A stretch of DNA of 62,359 bases, the filler included. It is 3 parts of 3 records of this genome, joined end to end, with 100 filler letters (N's around TTAATTAATTAA, not from the genome) between each part and the next. Parts side by side here need not be neighbours in the genome. Positions count along the whole stretch, not along the records: positions 1 to 31,014 come from SRR20825006_1449; positions 31,115 to 56,983 come from SRR20825006_1465; 1 more part is not named here. One strand, given 5' to 3'. Below the pieces are notes generated by a model. The model was not told the origin of the DNA. It saw nothing but the letters and a program-made list of their open reading frames with translations, and ran no database searches. The stretch's first letter is position 1. The number at the start of each line of letters is the position of its first letter. The translations under genes were made by a program, and so were the position numbers. Positions 29,742 through 40,102 of this stretch are shown here, in pieces.

Positions 29742-30896
29742 TCAGTCTGTTGTTGGGGCCGACGCTGTTGAAGGGGCCGACGTTTCGTTATCAAACGGCC
29801 AACCGGGAAGCTCACCGCAGCTTTGCAACGCGAGGATGGCGTAGGCCGTTCCTGTGTTGGAAATCAAGTTGCCAGCATCATTGACCGGCGAGCGTGTGAA
29901 CCACTTGCCGCTTTCTCGCTGGTTTTCGAGTAACCACTGAATTCCTCTTCGCATTCGCGGATCGCTTGCGGGAATACCGAGTTCTCTGCTGATCACGATA
30001 ACCAATCCAGTCCCATAGGCGTCACTGGTTTGCGTATCCAGTGGTTCACCATCATTTCGCTCGAGACCTTTCCAGTCGGTCAAGAAACCAGCCGTCGACC
30101 AGCCTCCGTCAGGAAGTTGTTTCGCGAGAAGTTCTTCCAGCGTTCTTTGACGTTCGTCCTCCGTCGCGATCCCATCGAGCCGCTTGGAACACCAGGCGAT
30201 CATGGCACGATGATGCAATGACTTGGGCGGGTTGTTTTCGAAGTAGGCCCGAAGTTTGCCGAGCCCTGCCTGGGCGGCTTCCGTCTTCAAGTACCCATCC
30301 GGCGCGATGCCAACCGCGAGTGCAGCCAGCGTGACTCCGAAGTGATCATCGATTTCCATGGGAGCGTAGTCGCAGTCCGGCCAATCCCATCCGCCATCGG
30401 CACGCTGTGTGGTCCACAAAAAGTCCAAAACATCACGTGTGACTGGACGAAGGTGTCCGCTTGTTTGCATGTCGTTGAACGTCAGACCGGCACCGACGAC
30501 GATCACCCAAAATCCTTGGCTTTCGGTGGGATCCTTCTTCGCCCAACGCTCTGTTCGGTACCGTTCAAAGAACTCACGGACTTCGCCTGAGTCCTTTTGG
30601 ACGGACGACAACGCCGGCCGGGCGAACATGTACGGCATGTTGGTGTGACAGGTCACACACTTCTTTTCTTTTTGCCAAGTCAATGAAGAGCGATCGAGGT
30701 AGATCGCAGCTTGCTTCGCCGAGAACGCTGCCGCGATCGGTTCATCGGCATCAATCGAGTCTCGTTTGGATGGAACGGATTCCAGCGTGACGACTTCGGT
30801 TTGTGCTTGTGCAATCTTCGGAAAGGTAAATGCCAACCACACGAGCGACACAAAGATAGCTCCCGCTATGGTGCGTCGGGGAGGTTTGAAACCCAT
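29742..30896 (-). CDS. Exported prenyltransferase / squalene-hopene-cyclase-like QW-repeat protein
   Basis: Signal peptide; QRADGGW, QLPDGGW, QRESGKW repeats; CVTCH motif. Confidence 0.8.
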   Translation of the reverse strand: MGFKPPRRTIAGAIFVSLVWLAFTFPKIAQAQTEVVTLESVPSKRDSIDADEPIAAAFSAKQAAIYLDRSSLTWQKEKKCVTCHTNMPYMFARPALSSVQKDSGEVREFFERYRTERWAKKDPTESQGFWVIVVGAGLTFNDMQTSGHLRPVTRDVLDFLWTTQRADGGWDWPDCDYAPMEIDDHFGVTLAALAVGIAPDGYLKTEAAQAGLGKLRAYFENNPPKSLHHRAMIAWCSKRLDGIATEDERQRTLEELLAKQLPDGGWSTAGFLTDWKGLERNDGEPLDTQTSDAYGTGLVIVISRELGIPASDPRMRRGIQWLLENQRESGKWFTRSPVNDAGNLISNTGTAYAILALQSCGELPGWPFDNETSAPSTASAPTTD

Positions 30897-30981
30897 GTGA
30901 TTGTTTCGCTCGTGGATGGAGGTGAGTGTTCAGAACTGGGGCTAGCAGTTTGTTGGTTTAGTCGTGTACCGAATGACAACC

Positions 30982-31008
30982 ATAAGCCGATGGGCGTTAG
31001 CCCCGGTT
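30982..31008 (+). repeat. REP-like palindrome at contig end
   Basis: AGCCG-AT-GGGC-GTTA-GCCC-CGGTT hairpin immediately before the break. Confidence 0.55.
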
Positions 31009-31014
31009 GGCGTC

Positions 31015-31114
31015 NNNNNNNNNNNNNNNNNNNNNNNNNNNNNNNNNNNNNNNNNNNNTTAATTAATTAANNNNNNNNNNNNNNNNNNNNNNNNNNNNNN
31101 NNNNNNNNNNNNNN
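31015..31114. other. Artificial contig spacer
   Basis: N44-TTAATTAATTAA-N44 (stops in all six frames); gene style changes across it. Confidence 0.99.
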
Positions 31115-32818
31115 GCCCAAACGCACGTAATCCATGAACTGGTAGCGGCCGGGGCCATAAACCATGAGATTGGTCTGATAACCCAGAGGCGTAATAAACG
31201 ACGCCGAAGCAGCGAACATCACGGCCACGGCAAACGGCAGGAAATGAACGCCTAATTGTTCAGACACCGCCAACGCAATCGGAAACATCAGCACCGCTGC
31301 CGCGTTGTTGGTAATAGCTTCGGTAAAGGCAGCGGTGAGGATATACACCAACGCCAGAGCGAGCCAGGGCGTGAGCGGGCCGAACAGGCCCAGCAGGCTG
31401 GCGGCTACCCACTCTGCTCCGCCAGTTTCTGCCATGGCATTACCCAAGGCAAAGGAGGCCGCGACCACCACCAGTACAGGCAGGTCCACACTGCGGCGGG
31501 CGCGGCTGGCGGTAATGCAACCGGTTACAATCATCGTACCGGCCGCCAGGAATGCCGCTTCAATAATCTGCAGCAGGCCCGTGGCGCTAGCCACAACCAT
31601 CAGCAAGAGGATTCCAAGGGCTCGGGGCGCCTTGTGGAAATCCGGTGGCGTGGAATCGTTCAGGGCGCTGACCAACAGGAAGTCTCGGCGAAAACGGTAT
31701 TGCTCCACAAATTCGTGGCTAGCCTCCAGCAACAGGGTATCCCCCATCCTGAACGTAATATCGCCCAATTTTCCCGGCACCCGTTTGCCCTCGCGGGAAA
31801 CGGAAAGAATCGCAGCATTAAAACGGGTACGGAAACGACTTTCCTGCACCGTCTTACCCAGGGCCGGGAACTCCTGACCAAGCACCACTTCAACCAGGCA
31901 GCGCTGATGATTCGCCAAGTCCAGTTTCTGGATACCCGCCTGTGCGGGTTTCAACCCTTGAATACGTCGCAATTCGCTGGCGCACTCGGGCGCCCCAACA
32001 AAGTACAGTTTGTCGCCGGACTGCAACATCCGGTCCGGCTCCGCCGCTGTAATTAGCCGGCCGCCACGATCGATTTCAGTCAGATAGCCGTAACTGAGCG
32101 CCCGCAAACCAGCCTGGGTAATCGTCTTGCCCACCAACGGGCCTAAGGCTTCTACTTCCACCTCAACCCCGTACTCACGAACCTGATCCAGTTCTTCCTT
32201 CATCCCCCCACGGTCCGGCAGTATTCGCGAGGCCACCAACACCAGATAGCACCCGCCCACCAACAACAAGGGAACACCAACCCAGGCCAACTCGAATAAC
32301 CCCAGGTTAATCCCCATACGCGTTTGCAACATGCCGTCCACCACCAAGTTGGTGCTGGTACCTATCAGTGTGCAGGTACCGCCCAGAATGGCGGCATAAC
32401 TCAGGGGTAACAGAAGACGGGAGGAAGGAATGCCCAGACGCTGGGCCCAGTCTTGAATGGCGGGGATGAACATGGCGACAACAGCCGTATTGTTCATAAA
32501 GCCGCTGAGGATACCTGTCGGCGCCAACATTCGTAGCTGTGCGCCCTTTTCGGTTTTTGGATGCCCCAGCAGCAAACGGGCAATCCACTGCACCGCACCG
32601 GTTTCTTTCAAACCGGCTGCGACAACATATAGCGTACCAATCGTAATCACGCCCGGGTTCGAAAAACCGGCTAATGCCTCAATAGGCCTCAGGATTCCCG
32701 TGATCAGTAGGAAAGCCAGGGCCGCCATCAACACCAGATCCGCAGCAACCCGGGTAATTGCCAACGCAGCCAAGACGGTAAACAGGGTGAGCAGCGTTAC
32801 AACGGCTTCCCATGCCAT
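31115..32818 (-). CDS. SLC13 / CitMHS-like permease with TrkA-C domains (3' truncated)
   Basis: SGFMNNT, LGGTCTLIGTSTNL, two TrkA-C-like segments, TE.ITNNA, TPLGYQTNLMVYGPG.Y.F.DY. Confidence 0.9.
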
Positions 32819-32880
32819 AAGTGCTCAGACTCCAATAAAAGTGCAAAACTACAACCATTCTTTCGGAAGTCAGATTTTGC

Positions 32881-34821
32881 CTACACTGACAAACGGCGCA
32901 CCTTCTCGCTATGAAGCTCGGCAACCACAGCATCTGATTGCCCATTACACCATACCAAGTCTTCCAGGTTACCGTTGGGTGCGTAGCCCGTTTTGGCGCT
33001 CTTAAGTACTTCAATAATTGCGCTGCAATCAAAAGACTGGCTAGCCCGCTGCAATTGACTGAGGTAGTCCTCTACCTGCTCCCAGGGAAGGTAAACCTCG
33101 CGTGCCATCATGATTCTCGGGTGTGAAGTGCCCTGCGGGTCGTCACCAATCAAGAGCTCTTCATACAACTTCTCCCCCGGGCGCAAGCCGGTAAACGTCA
33201 CCTCGATATCGCCTGAGGGATTGCTTTCCGTTTTCTCTTCCAGTCCCATAAGGTGAATCATCTTTCGGGCCAGGTCCGCAATTTTTACCGGCTCGCCCAT
33301 GTCCAGCACAAATACCTCGCCGCCCAATCCAATACTACCTGCCTGAAGCACCAGTTGGCTGGCTTCTGGGATGGTCATAAAATAGCGAATAATGTCCGGA
33401 TGGGTAACGGTAATCGGGCCACCGTCGCGAATCTGATCCCGGAATAACGGCACTACAGAGCCTGAAGAACCCAACACGTTTCCAAACCGAACCATTGAGA
33501 ACACCGTCTTTTGCTGCCGCTGAGCCAACGCTTGCAGCACCAGCTCAGCCATCCGCTTACTGGCACCCATAACATTGGTGGGGCGAACTGCTTTATCCGT
33601 AGAAATCAATACAAAGCGCTCAACGCCGGCCGTAATCGCCGCTTCCGCGGTATGCCAAGTGCCGAACACATTGTTCTGGACGCCTTCGATTACATTGTGC
33701 TCAACCAGCGGCACATGCTTATAAGCGGCGGCGTGATAAACCGTCTGCACACCGAATGCCCGCATCGCGGACTCACACCGCCGGCGGTGGCTCACATTGC
33801 CAAGGAGCGGGTGTAGCTCTACTCCAAGATCTTCAATACGGTTAAGAGCACTCAGCTCCCGCTCAATGGCGTAAAGGGAAAACTCAGACTGTTCAAACAG
33901 CACCAGCGCGCGCGGGCGGTGGCGAATAATCTGCCGACAAAGCTCAGATCCAATCGAACCGCCCGCCCCAGTGACCATCACCGTCTTCTGGTAAAGACTC
34001 TTCGCGACAACAGCCGAGTCCGGCCGAACAGGGTCCCGCCCTAGCAGATCTTCAATTTCCAAGTCCCGAATATCATTGATCCGCGCCTGGCCAGCCACCA
34101 GTTCCGACATGGAAGGCACTGTCTGCACCGGAATCGACAACGGCTCCAGTTGTTTCAGCAGTTTTTTCCGATCAATCTGTGTATGTTCATCCAGTGCCAG
34201 CAATATCCTCTGCACGCGATGTTTAGGCATGTGCTTGGCAATGTGATTAATGCTAACTACTGGCAATCCATTGATCATGGATTTGTGGCTCGCCCGATCG
34301 AAAGTTACGAATACTACTGGGCGGTATTCCGTGCCCTGCTCCAGTGCGGAGGCCAATTGCATGCCCGTTTCGCCCGCCCCCACAATCGCGACCGATTCTT
34401 TTGCTCTTTGTTTGGGATGGTTTACGATCATTCGCACCCCCAGACGGGAACCGCTGACGAAAATAAACGCCAGCGCTCCGTATATGATCGGTACAGAACG
34501 GGGGACAAATACCTGGAGAAGATAGCCGAGAACGATCAATGATATGGCTGAGAGCGAAACCCCGTAGATAATGGTGAGGAATGCTTTATCTCCAAGATAG
34601 CGGATTACAGCCCGGTATAAACCGAGGCGGATAAACACGGCGATGGTGAAAACGACCGTGATGGATGCCACCACCAGCTGATCACGGCTGGGCACCCACA
34701 GATGCTGCTCCAGCCTAAGCGCATAAGCAGCCCATATAGCAGCGAACAGAACGGCCATATCAGAGACAACAGATATGATGCGCTTCTGCACCCTTGGAAG
34801 ATTTAGAAATGTCTTGATCAC
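32881..34821 (-). CDS. wbpM: Membrane-bound UDP-GlcNAc 4,6-dehydratase (WbpM/CapD/PglF family)
   Basis: Four N-terminal TM helices; IEDLLGR, TGAGGSIGSEL, HAAAYKHVP, STDKAVRPTNVMGASK, GLRPGEKLYEEL. Confidence 0.92.
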   Translation of the reverse strand: MIKTFLNLPRVQKRIISVVSDMAVLFAAIWAAYALRLEQHLWVPSRDQLVVASITVVFTIAVFIRLGLYRAVIRYLGDKAFLTIIYGVSLSAISLIVLGYLLQVFVPRSVPIIYGALAFIFVSGSRLGVRMIVNHPKQRAKESVAIVGAGETGMQLASALEQGTEYRPVVFVTFDRASHKSMINGLPVVSINHIAKHMPKHRVQRILLALDEHTQIDRKKLLKQLEPLSIPVQTVPSMSELVAGQARINDIRDLEIEDLLGRDPVRPDSAVVAKSLYQKTVMVTGAGGSIGSELCRQIIRHRPRALVLFEQSEFSLYAIERELSALNRIEDLGVELHPLLGNVSHRRRCESAMRAFGVQTVYHAAAYKHVPLVEHNVIEGVQNNVFGTWHTAEAAITAGVERFVLISTDKAVRPTNVMGASKRMAELVLQALAQRQQKTVFSMVRFGNVLGSSGSVVPLFRDQIRDGGPITVTHPDIIRYFMTIPEASQLVLQAGSIGLGGEVFVLDMGEPVKIADLARKMIHLMGLEEKTESNPSGDIEVTFTGLRPGEKLYEELLIGDDPQGTSHPRIMMAREVYLPWEQVEDYLSQLQRASQSFDCSAIIEVLKSAKTGYAPNGNLEDLVWCNGQSDAVVAELHSEKVRRLSV

Positions 34822-34823
34822 GG

Positions 34824-35375
34824 TCAGTCCTTTACACGATCACCAGCACCCTTGCCGAGTACAGTATGAACAATATAACGAAAGTAGCTTTTCAGATTCA
34901 GGCTCTCTAACATCTTAGCATCTGTTTCCGCCAGCAAACGTGGCGTGGACATGTCGATATTGTTAATTTGCGCCAAACCAGTGATGCCTGGGCGAGCTTT
35001 AAGCACCCCCCTGGACTCCCGTTCTGCAATCAGATCCTCTTGATTGAACAGACAAGGTCGCGGCCCAACAAGACTCATCTCTCCTTTTAACACATTCCAG
35101 AGCTGTGGAAGTTCATCCAGTTTGGTGCGTCGCAGAAAACGTCCGAAGGGCGTAATCGAGGCCGTGCTAGCGAGGTGACTCGCTACCGAGGCAGTATCTT
35201 TCTTCATAGTTCGGAATTTGACCAAAGTGAATGGCTTCTTGTTCCGCCCCACCCGCTCTTGTCGAAAAACGGGGGAGCCGGTGTCAAACACTCCGATTAC
35301 AACCAGCAAAAGCAACACCGGCGAACCGACTACCAACCCAAACAGTGCGAACAAAGAATCAAAAAAACGAAGCAC
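34824..35375 (-). CDS. Initiating polyprenyl-phosphate sugar-1-phosphate transferase (small bacterial sugar transferase)
   Basis: [43 protein letters not shown]. Confidence 0.92.
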   Translation of the reverse strand: MLRFFDSLFALFGLVVGSPVLLLLVVIGVFDTGSPVFRQERVGRNKKPFTLVKFRTMKKDTASVASHLASTASITPFGRFLRRTKLDELPQLWNVLKGEMSLVGPRPCLFNQEDLIAERESRGVLKARPGITGLAQINNIDMSTPRLLAETDAKMLESLNLKSYFRYIVHTVLGKGAGDRVKD

Positions 35376-35384
35376 ACATAACCC

Positions 35385-36320
35385 TTAGTGGTCGGGAAAA
35401 CACAATTTCAGCCCCTCCTCAACACTCAGCGGAGGCGTCCAGCCAAGCAGTTTCTGGGCTTTGGAGATATCCACCTGCAAAGAACCCAGCAAACGCTGAG
35501 CCATAGCCTTTTTACCCAGTATACTGGCACCTGACATCAACAACCCCGCAGGCACTGGCACCAGACGCGAAGGCTTGCCCATCGCCACGGCAACAGCACG
35601 TAGGAGTTCTGTGGTCGAAATATCTTCGCCATCACCTGCAAGAAAAACCTGATTAGCTGCAGCCGGGTGGTCAATGCAGGTAATAATCATATCCACTAGG
35701 TTATCCAAAGCCACTAAAGAACGTTTATTGTGGACCGAGCCAAGGGGGAGAGGAAAGCCTTTTTCCACACAGCGAGTCAGAGTTCCAAAGTTTCCGGGAG
35801 CATCGCGACCGTATATTAGTGGGGGGCGGATGATAACTACAGCCATCCCGCTGTCTTCCTGAACTCGCCACAACCCCTTCTCAGCTTCCCACTTAGATTG
35901 AGCGTAGAAATTCGACGGATCTGGCAAATCGTCTTCTTTAAAGGGGCGTGTGTTAACATCTCCATTTACTCCTATTGAGCTTATGAAGATAAACCGTTTT
36001 ACCCCTGCCGAAGCAGCTTGGCGCGCAAGATTGACGGTTCCATCCACATTAGCTTTACGATATTCCGATAACTCACGATTCGAGTCCCCCACATTTACGT
36101 GAGCGCGAGCCGCAAGATGGACCACCAACTCCTGCCTCTGAAGTGCATGAAACCAATCGGTATTTGCCCCCAAGTCATCAATTAGAACTTCATTACAACT
36201 GATTTTAGTTTTTTGTCTTACAGCACAAGTCAATTCTATCCCAGCATTTTGTTCAAGGTATGCTCGCAACCGGAGACCAACAAAGCCAGTTCCGCCTGTC
36301 AATAAAATTTTCACAAACAA
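35385..36320 (-). CDS. NAD-dependent epimerase/reductase (WbpV/WbpK-like 4-reductase)
   Basis: TGGTGFVG, HLAARAH, Y..SK, GFPLPLGSVHNKRSLV. Confidence 0.85.
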   Translation of the reverse strand: MFVKILLTGGTGFVGLRLRAYLEQNAGIELTCAVRQKTKISCNEVLIDDLGANTDWFHALQRQELVVHLAARAHVNVGDSNRELSEYRKANVDGTVNLARQAASAGVKRFIFISSIGVNGDVNTRPFKEDDLPDPSNFYAQSKWEAEKGLWRVQEDSGMAVVIIRPPLIYGRDAPGNFGTLTRCVEKGFPLPLGSVHNKRSLVALDNLVDMIITCIDHPAAANQVFLAGDGEDISTTELLRAVAVAMGKPSRLVPVPAGLLMSGASILGKKAMAQRLLGSLQVDISKAQKLLGWTPPLSVEEGLKLCFPDH

Positions 36321-36342
36321 TATCCTAACTTATAGTGACATT

Positions 36343-37584
36343 CTAAAATAGAGACTTGGGACCAGACTTCTCTTTAATAAATCGATGTTTTACCATTAAA
36401 CTGAGGACGATTTCGGAGTATTTTCTAAGCGACTCTTCCTCAGAAAAGTTTTCTATAAGAGTTTTTCTTGGTGAAAATTTTGTTCTTCTAGGATCATAAG
36501 TACTGCATATTTCATCAATTTTCTCTGACAACGCTTTCGGGTTACCGCTTTTGCAAAACCAACCCAACTTGAAATCTCTCAGTAAAAGCTCAAGCTCCGA
36601 ACCCTCATCCGAAATTAATAGGATTGGTTTATTCGCTGCCATAGAGAAATATGCCTTACTGGGAACGCCAAGGCCATACATACCTTTACTAAGACTAACG
36701 ATAGAAATATCCGTACTATTCAAGCCTAGATTATTTTTTTCCAAATCTAACCTACCAAAATAAAAACAATTTTTCTTTCCAATAGTTTCAACAAACCTCT
36801 TAACCTTGAAATCCTCAGCGCCGTCTCCAATAAAAAGAAACCGAGCCTCAGAGGTTCGAACATACTTTATAGCATCCAATAGATCCGAAATCCCTTGCGT
36901 TCGCCCTAAATTACCGAAAAAACAAAATACAATATTGCCTTGCCAACCTAAATCGCCGATAATCGAGCTCTCACTTTTAGGAGTTGGAAAAATCTTTTTG
37001 TGGTCCGCCCAGTTGGAAACAACAGCTATTTTGTCCGAGCGAACCCCTTTTTCAATAAGTTTTTCAGCCATATCCCGGCCGATAGGCGCTACAATATCTG
37101 GCGATCTGTATACACGAGAAAAAAAATTATTCAAAATACTAAAAATCCAACCTTTACTGAAGACGCCAGAAGGCACTAAGTTGTCGGGAAATATATCATG
37201 ACAAACAACTATCCATCTAAACCCCATCACTCTCTTTATAATAGCGGTAAGAAAAACTGAGATAATAGGGTTTGTCCCTGTCATAACAACCTGACCGGAC
37301 TTAACTAAACGTGCCAGCCTCCAATTTAGAAAAAACGCAAAATTTACTTGACCAAGAATACGAGAAAAAATCTTATTTTTATCGACTCCTATATCTTTTA
37401 CAAACTCTACCTTAACTGAGTATTCTTTAAAAAATGAGTTCGTACTTTTATTATATGGACATATTACAACAACATCAAAAAAATTATTGAGATAGAGCGC
37501 AATTTTTGCCCAGTAATATGCAGTAGAATTATGATTAAAACCTATATATTCAGTAACAATAAATATATTTTTTCTCTTTTCCAC
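36343..37584 (-). CDS. GT4 glycosyltransferase, WbuB-like (candidate L-FucNAc transferase)
   Basis: HDIFPDN, GNLGRTQG, GLGVPSKAY..MAA.KP; adjacent to fnl genes; AT-rich. Confidence 0.8.
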   Translation of the reverse strand: MEKRKNIFIVTEYIGFNHNSTAYYWAKIALYLNNFFDVVVICPYNKSTNSFFKEYSVKVEFVKDIGVDKNKIFSRILGQVNFAFFLNWRLARLVKSGQVVMTGTNPIISVFLTAIIKRVMGFRWIVVCHDIFPDNLVPSGVFSKGWIFSILNNFFSRVYRSPDIVAPIGRDMAEKLIEKGVRSDKIAVVSNWADHKKIFPTPKSESSIIGDLGWQGNIVFCFFGNLGRTQGISDLLDAIKYVRTSEARFLFIGDGAEDFKVKRFVETIGKKNCFYFGRLDLEKNNLGLNSTDISIVSLSKGMYGLGVPSKAYFSMAANKPILLISDEGSELELLLRDFKLGWFCKSGNPKALSEKIDEICSTYDPRRTKFSPRKTLIENFSEEESLRKYSEIVLSLMVKHRFIKEKSGPKSLF

Positions 37585-37806
37585 ATTAACGCTCTTTCAA
37601 GGTTTTTATCGCTTTTTTCAATCACGATAATTATAAATAAATGAAAATTTTTTGATACGTCAAGCATATTTAGAGGTTATAAACGACAGAACGCAATCCA
37701 TACCATATCTTTAATCTACAAAATTTCTGAACACTACCCTGTCTGCTCCTTATCCTAACCCACTATTATGACCTAACCGGAATAGCGATTTTTCATCGAT
37801 AGCGGG

Positions 37807-38943
37807 TCAATATCTCTTCCACACAACTCGATTCACATAATCAGTGTAGCTTTGAATAATGCGCACTACCTTGTCAGAAACATTCGGTATGCTGTAGTCC
37901 GCAACTAGGCGAAGTCCCCTATTTTCCCCGCGCGGCTGCGTCTCAAGAATCGCAAGCCCCTGCCTAACGCGCTCCAATTCCAACCCCACCATCATAACAG
38001 CGGCTTCTTCCATACCCTCTGGTCGCTCGTGGGCCTCCCGCATGTTTAACGCCGGGAAATTCAAAATCGACGACTCCTCATTAATTGTTCCACTATCTGA
38101 CAAAACCGCACGGGCCGATAACTGAAGCTTCACGTAATCATGGAATCCCAGCGGCCTCAAAAGTCGCACCTTGTCGTGAAAGACCGAACCAGTAGTATTG
38201 ATGCGATTCTGCGTTCTAGGGTGGGTAGAAACGACCACCGGCAGATTATGGTCTTCGGCAACGCCATTCAATGTTTCCACGAGCCTAGCGAACGAGCGCT
38301 CAGATTCGATGTTCTCCTCCCGGTGGACGCTCACCACGAAATACTGATCAGCCTCAAGCGAGAGTCGGCCTAGGACATCAGATGCCTCAATGCGGGGGCG
38401 ATAGTAATTCAGCACTTCAAACATCGGGCTACCAGTTTTGATTACCTGATCTGGAGCCAACCCTTCACGCAACAAGTAGTCCCGGGCAATGCTGCTGTAG
38501 GTCAAATTAATGTCTGCAGTGTGATCGACAATTTTTCGATTGGTTTCCTCTGGAACCCGCTGATCAAAGCAACGATTACCCGCTTCCATATGAAAAATCG
38601 GTATTTGCCGGCGCTTGGCCGGAATAACGGAAAGACAACTGTTCGTATCGCCGAGCACCAGCAAGGCCTCTGGACACTCCTCACCCAATACTTCATCAAC
38701 CGCAGATATCACATTACCTATGGTATTCGCAGCTCCTTTGCTGCCTGTGGCACTGTTCAGGAAATGATCCGGCTTACGAATGCCCAAGTCGTCGAAAAAC
38801 ACTTGGTTCAATTCGTAATCATAATTCTGCCCCGTGTGAACCAGGATGTGCTCACAATACTCATCCAAACGTGCCAAAACGCGAGATAGTCGAATAATCT
38901 CTGGACGGGTACCGACTATGGTTACGACTTTCAACTTTTTCAT
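37807..38943 (-). CDS. fnlC: UDP-2-acetamido-2,6-dideoxy-L-talose 2-epimerase (FnlC/WbjD/CapG)
   Basis: VGTRPEIIRLS, HTGQNYDYELN, HMEAGNRCFDQRVPEE, SDSGTI.EE. Confidence 0.9.
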   Translation of the reverse strand: MKKLKVVTIVGTRPEIIRLSRVLARLDEYCEHILVHTGQNYDYELNQVFFDDLGIRKPDHFLNSATGSKGAANTIGNVISAVDEVLGEECPEALLVLGDTNSCLSVIPAKRRQIPIFHMEAGNRCFDQRVPEETNRKIVDHTADINLTYSSIARDYLLREGLAPDQVIKTGSPMFEVLNYYRPRIEASDVLGRLSLEADQYFVVSVHREENIESERSFARLVETLNGVAEDHNLPVVVSTHPRTQNRINTTGSVFHDKVRLLRPLGFHDYVKLQLSARAVLSDSGTINEESSILNFPALNMREAHERPEGMEEAAVMMVGLELERVRQGLAILETQPRGENRGLRLVADYSIPNVSDKVVRIIQSYTDYVNRVVWKRY

Positions 38944-38972
38944 GGGGACTCTCATGACTAAAAAAGAATAAA

Positions 38973-40097
38973 TTAGAGAGAACAGGCATACGTATCTGGT
39001 TTCTCTCTGTCAAAAATCTCGTTGGCCCAAAGCATACATATAAGCTCGCCATCGCCGATGTTCGTGATGTCATGGGTCCAGCCGGGCACCGTCTCTACGA
39101 TTTCCGATTTTTCTCCCCGGGTTACCAACTCATACTCTTCACCGGTCTGCATATGCCGGAACTTGAACATTGCAGTTCCAGAGATCACCAGGAACTTCTC
39201 CGTTTTGGAATGATGATAATGTCCACCTCGTGTTATTCCCGGGTGGGCCGTGAAGAACGAAAACTGCCCGCAGTCCGGAGTTTTCAACATTTCCACGAAC
39301 ACACCTCGCGCGTCTCCGTGCTGCGGCACAGTGTAAGAAAATTGTTCAGGACGCAAAAAACTAAGATAAGTGGAATACAAAGCCCGGATCAGGCCTATTC
39401 CAACCCTGAGCGTCAACAGTGTTTCACGGCTGTCCCTAAATTTCTGAATAGTCTCGGCAAGCTGACCCACCGTTGTAGCATATTCAGGATGAACCTGATC
39501 AAAGCCTTCAGCATCGCGATTCGGCATAGCGCCGTCCAAAAGCGACACAAAGCGCTCAACTACATCATCCACATACACAAGCCGCAAAGCAGCTCCAGCA
39601 TCGTTGACTGAAATGGGAAGGCCCTGTGAAATATTGTGACAGAAAGTCGCAACCACAGAATTGTAGTTTGGGCGAGACCATTTACCAAAGACATTAGGGA
39701 GCCGAAACACATGCACCGGTACATCAAAATCGCGACCATAATCGAGAACTGCCGACTCGGCATCTCTCTTACTTCGGCCATAATCATTATTGAGTGCCGC
39801 TTGGGTTGATGATGACAACACCACCGGCACTTTATCACCCTTTTTTGCCCGGGCCGACAAACTCTTACAAAGCCAAGACGTTAGATCCGCATTCGTTTCG
39901 CGAAATTCTTCGGGACACTTGGGACGATTCACGCCCGCCAGATGAAAAACGAAATCGGCCTCAGAGATAGCCTGTTCAAACTCTTCACGAGATGACTCTC
40001 GGGAAATTAATAGCAACTCAGTGTCGGACCGTTCGGCGAGATGCTGTTGAAGATTTTTCCCAATAAACCCATTCGCACCGGTAATCATTACTCGCAT
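38973..40097 (-). CDS. fnlB: UDP-2-acetamido-2,6-dideoxy-hexulose reductase (FnlB/WbjC/CapF)
   Basis: HLAGVNRP, NVFGKWSRPNYNSVVATFC, C-terminal cupin RGGHYHHSKTEKF. Confidence 0.92.
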   Translation of the reverse strand: MRVMITGANGFIGKNLQQHLAERSDTELLLISRESSREEFEQAISEADFVFHLAGVNRPKCPEEFRETNADLTSWLCKSLSARAKKGDKVPVVLSSSTQAALNNDYGRSKRDAESAVLDYGRDFDVPVHVFRLPNVFGKWSRPNYNSVVATFCHNISQGLPISVNDAGAALRLVYVDDVVERFVSLLDGAMPNRDAEGFDQVHPEYATTVGQLAETIQKFRDSRETLLTLRVGIGLIRALYSTYLSFLRPEQFSYTVPQHGDARGVFVEMLKTPDCGQFSFFTAHPGITRGGHYHHSKTEKFLVISGTAMFKFRHMQTGEEYELVTRGEKSEIVETVPGWTHDITNIGDGELICMLWANEIFDREKPDTYACSL

Positions 40098-40102
40098 AAC
40101 GT

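Noticed and set aside
29742-30896. Bona fide squalene-hopene cyclase (shc)
   Set aside because: Too short, has a signal peptide, and lacks a canonical DXDD.
31059-31070. TTAATTAATTAA as a biological palindrome, and ORFs running into the N-runs
   Set aside because: It is a synthetic six-frame stop linker, repeated identically at 57028-57039.
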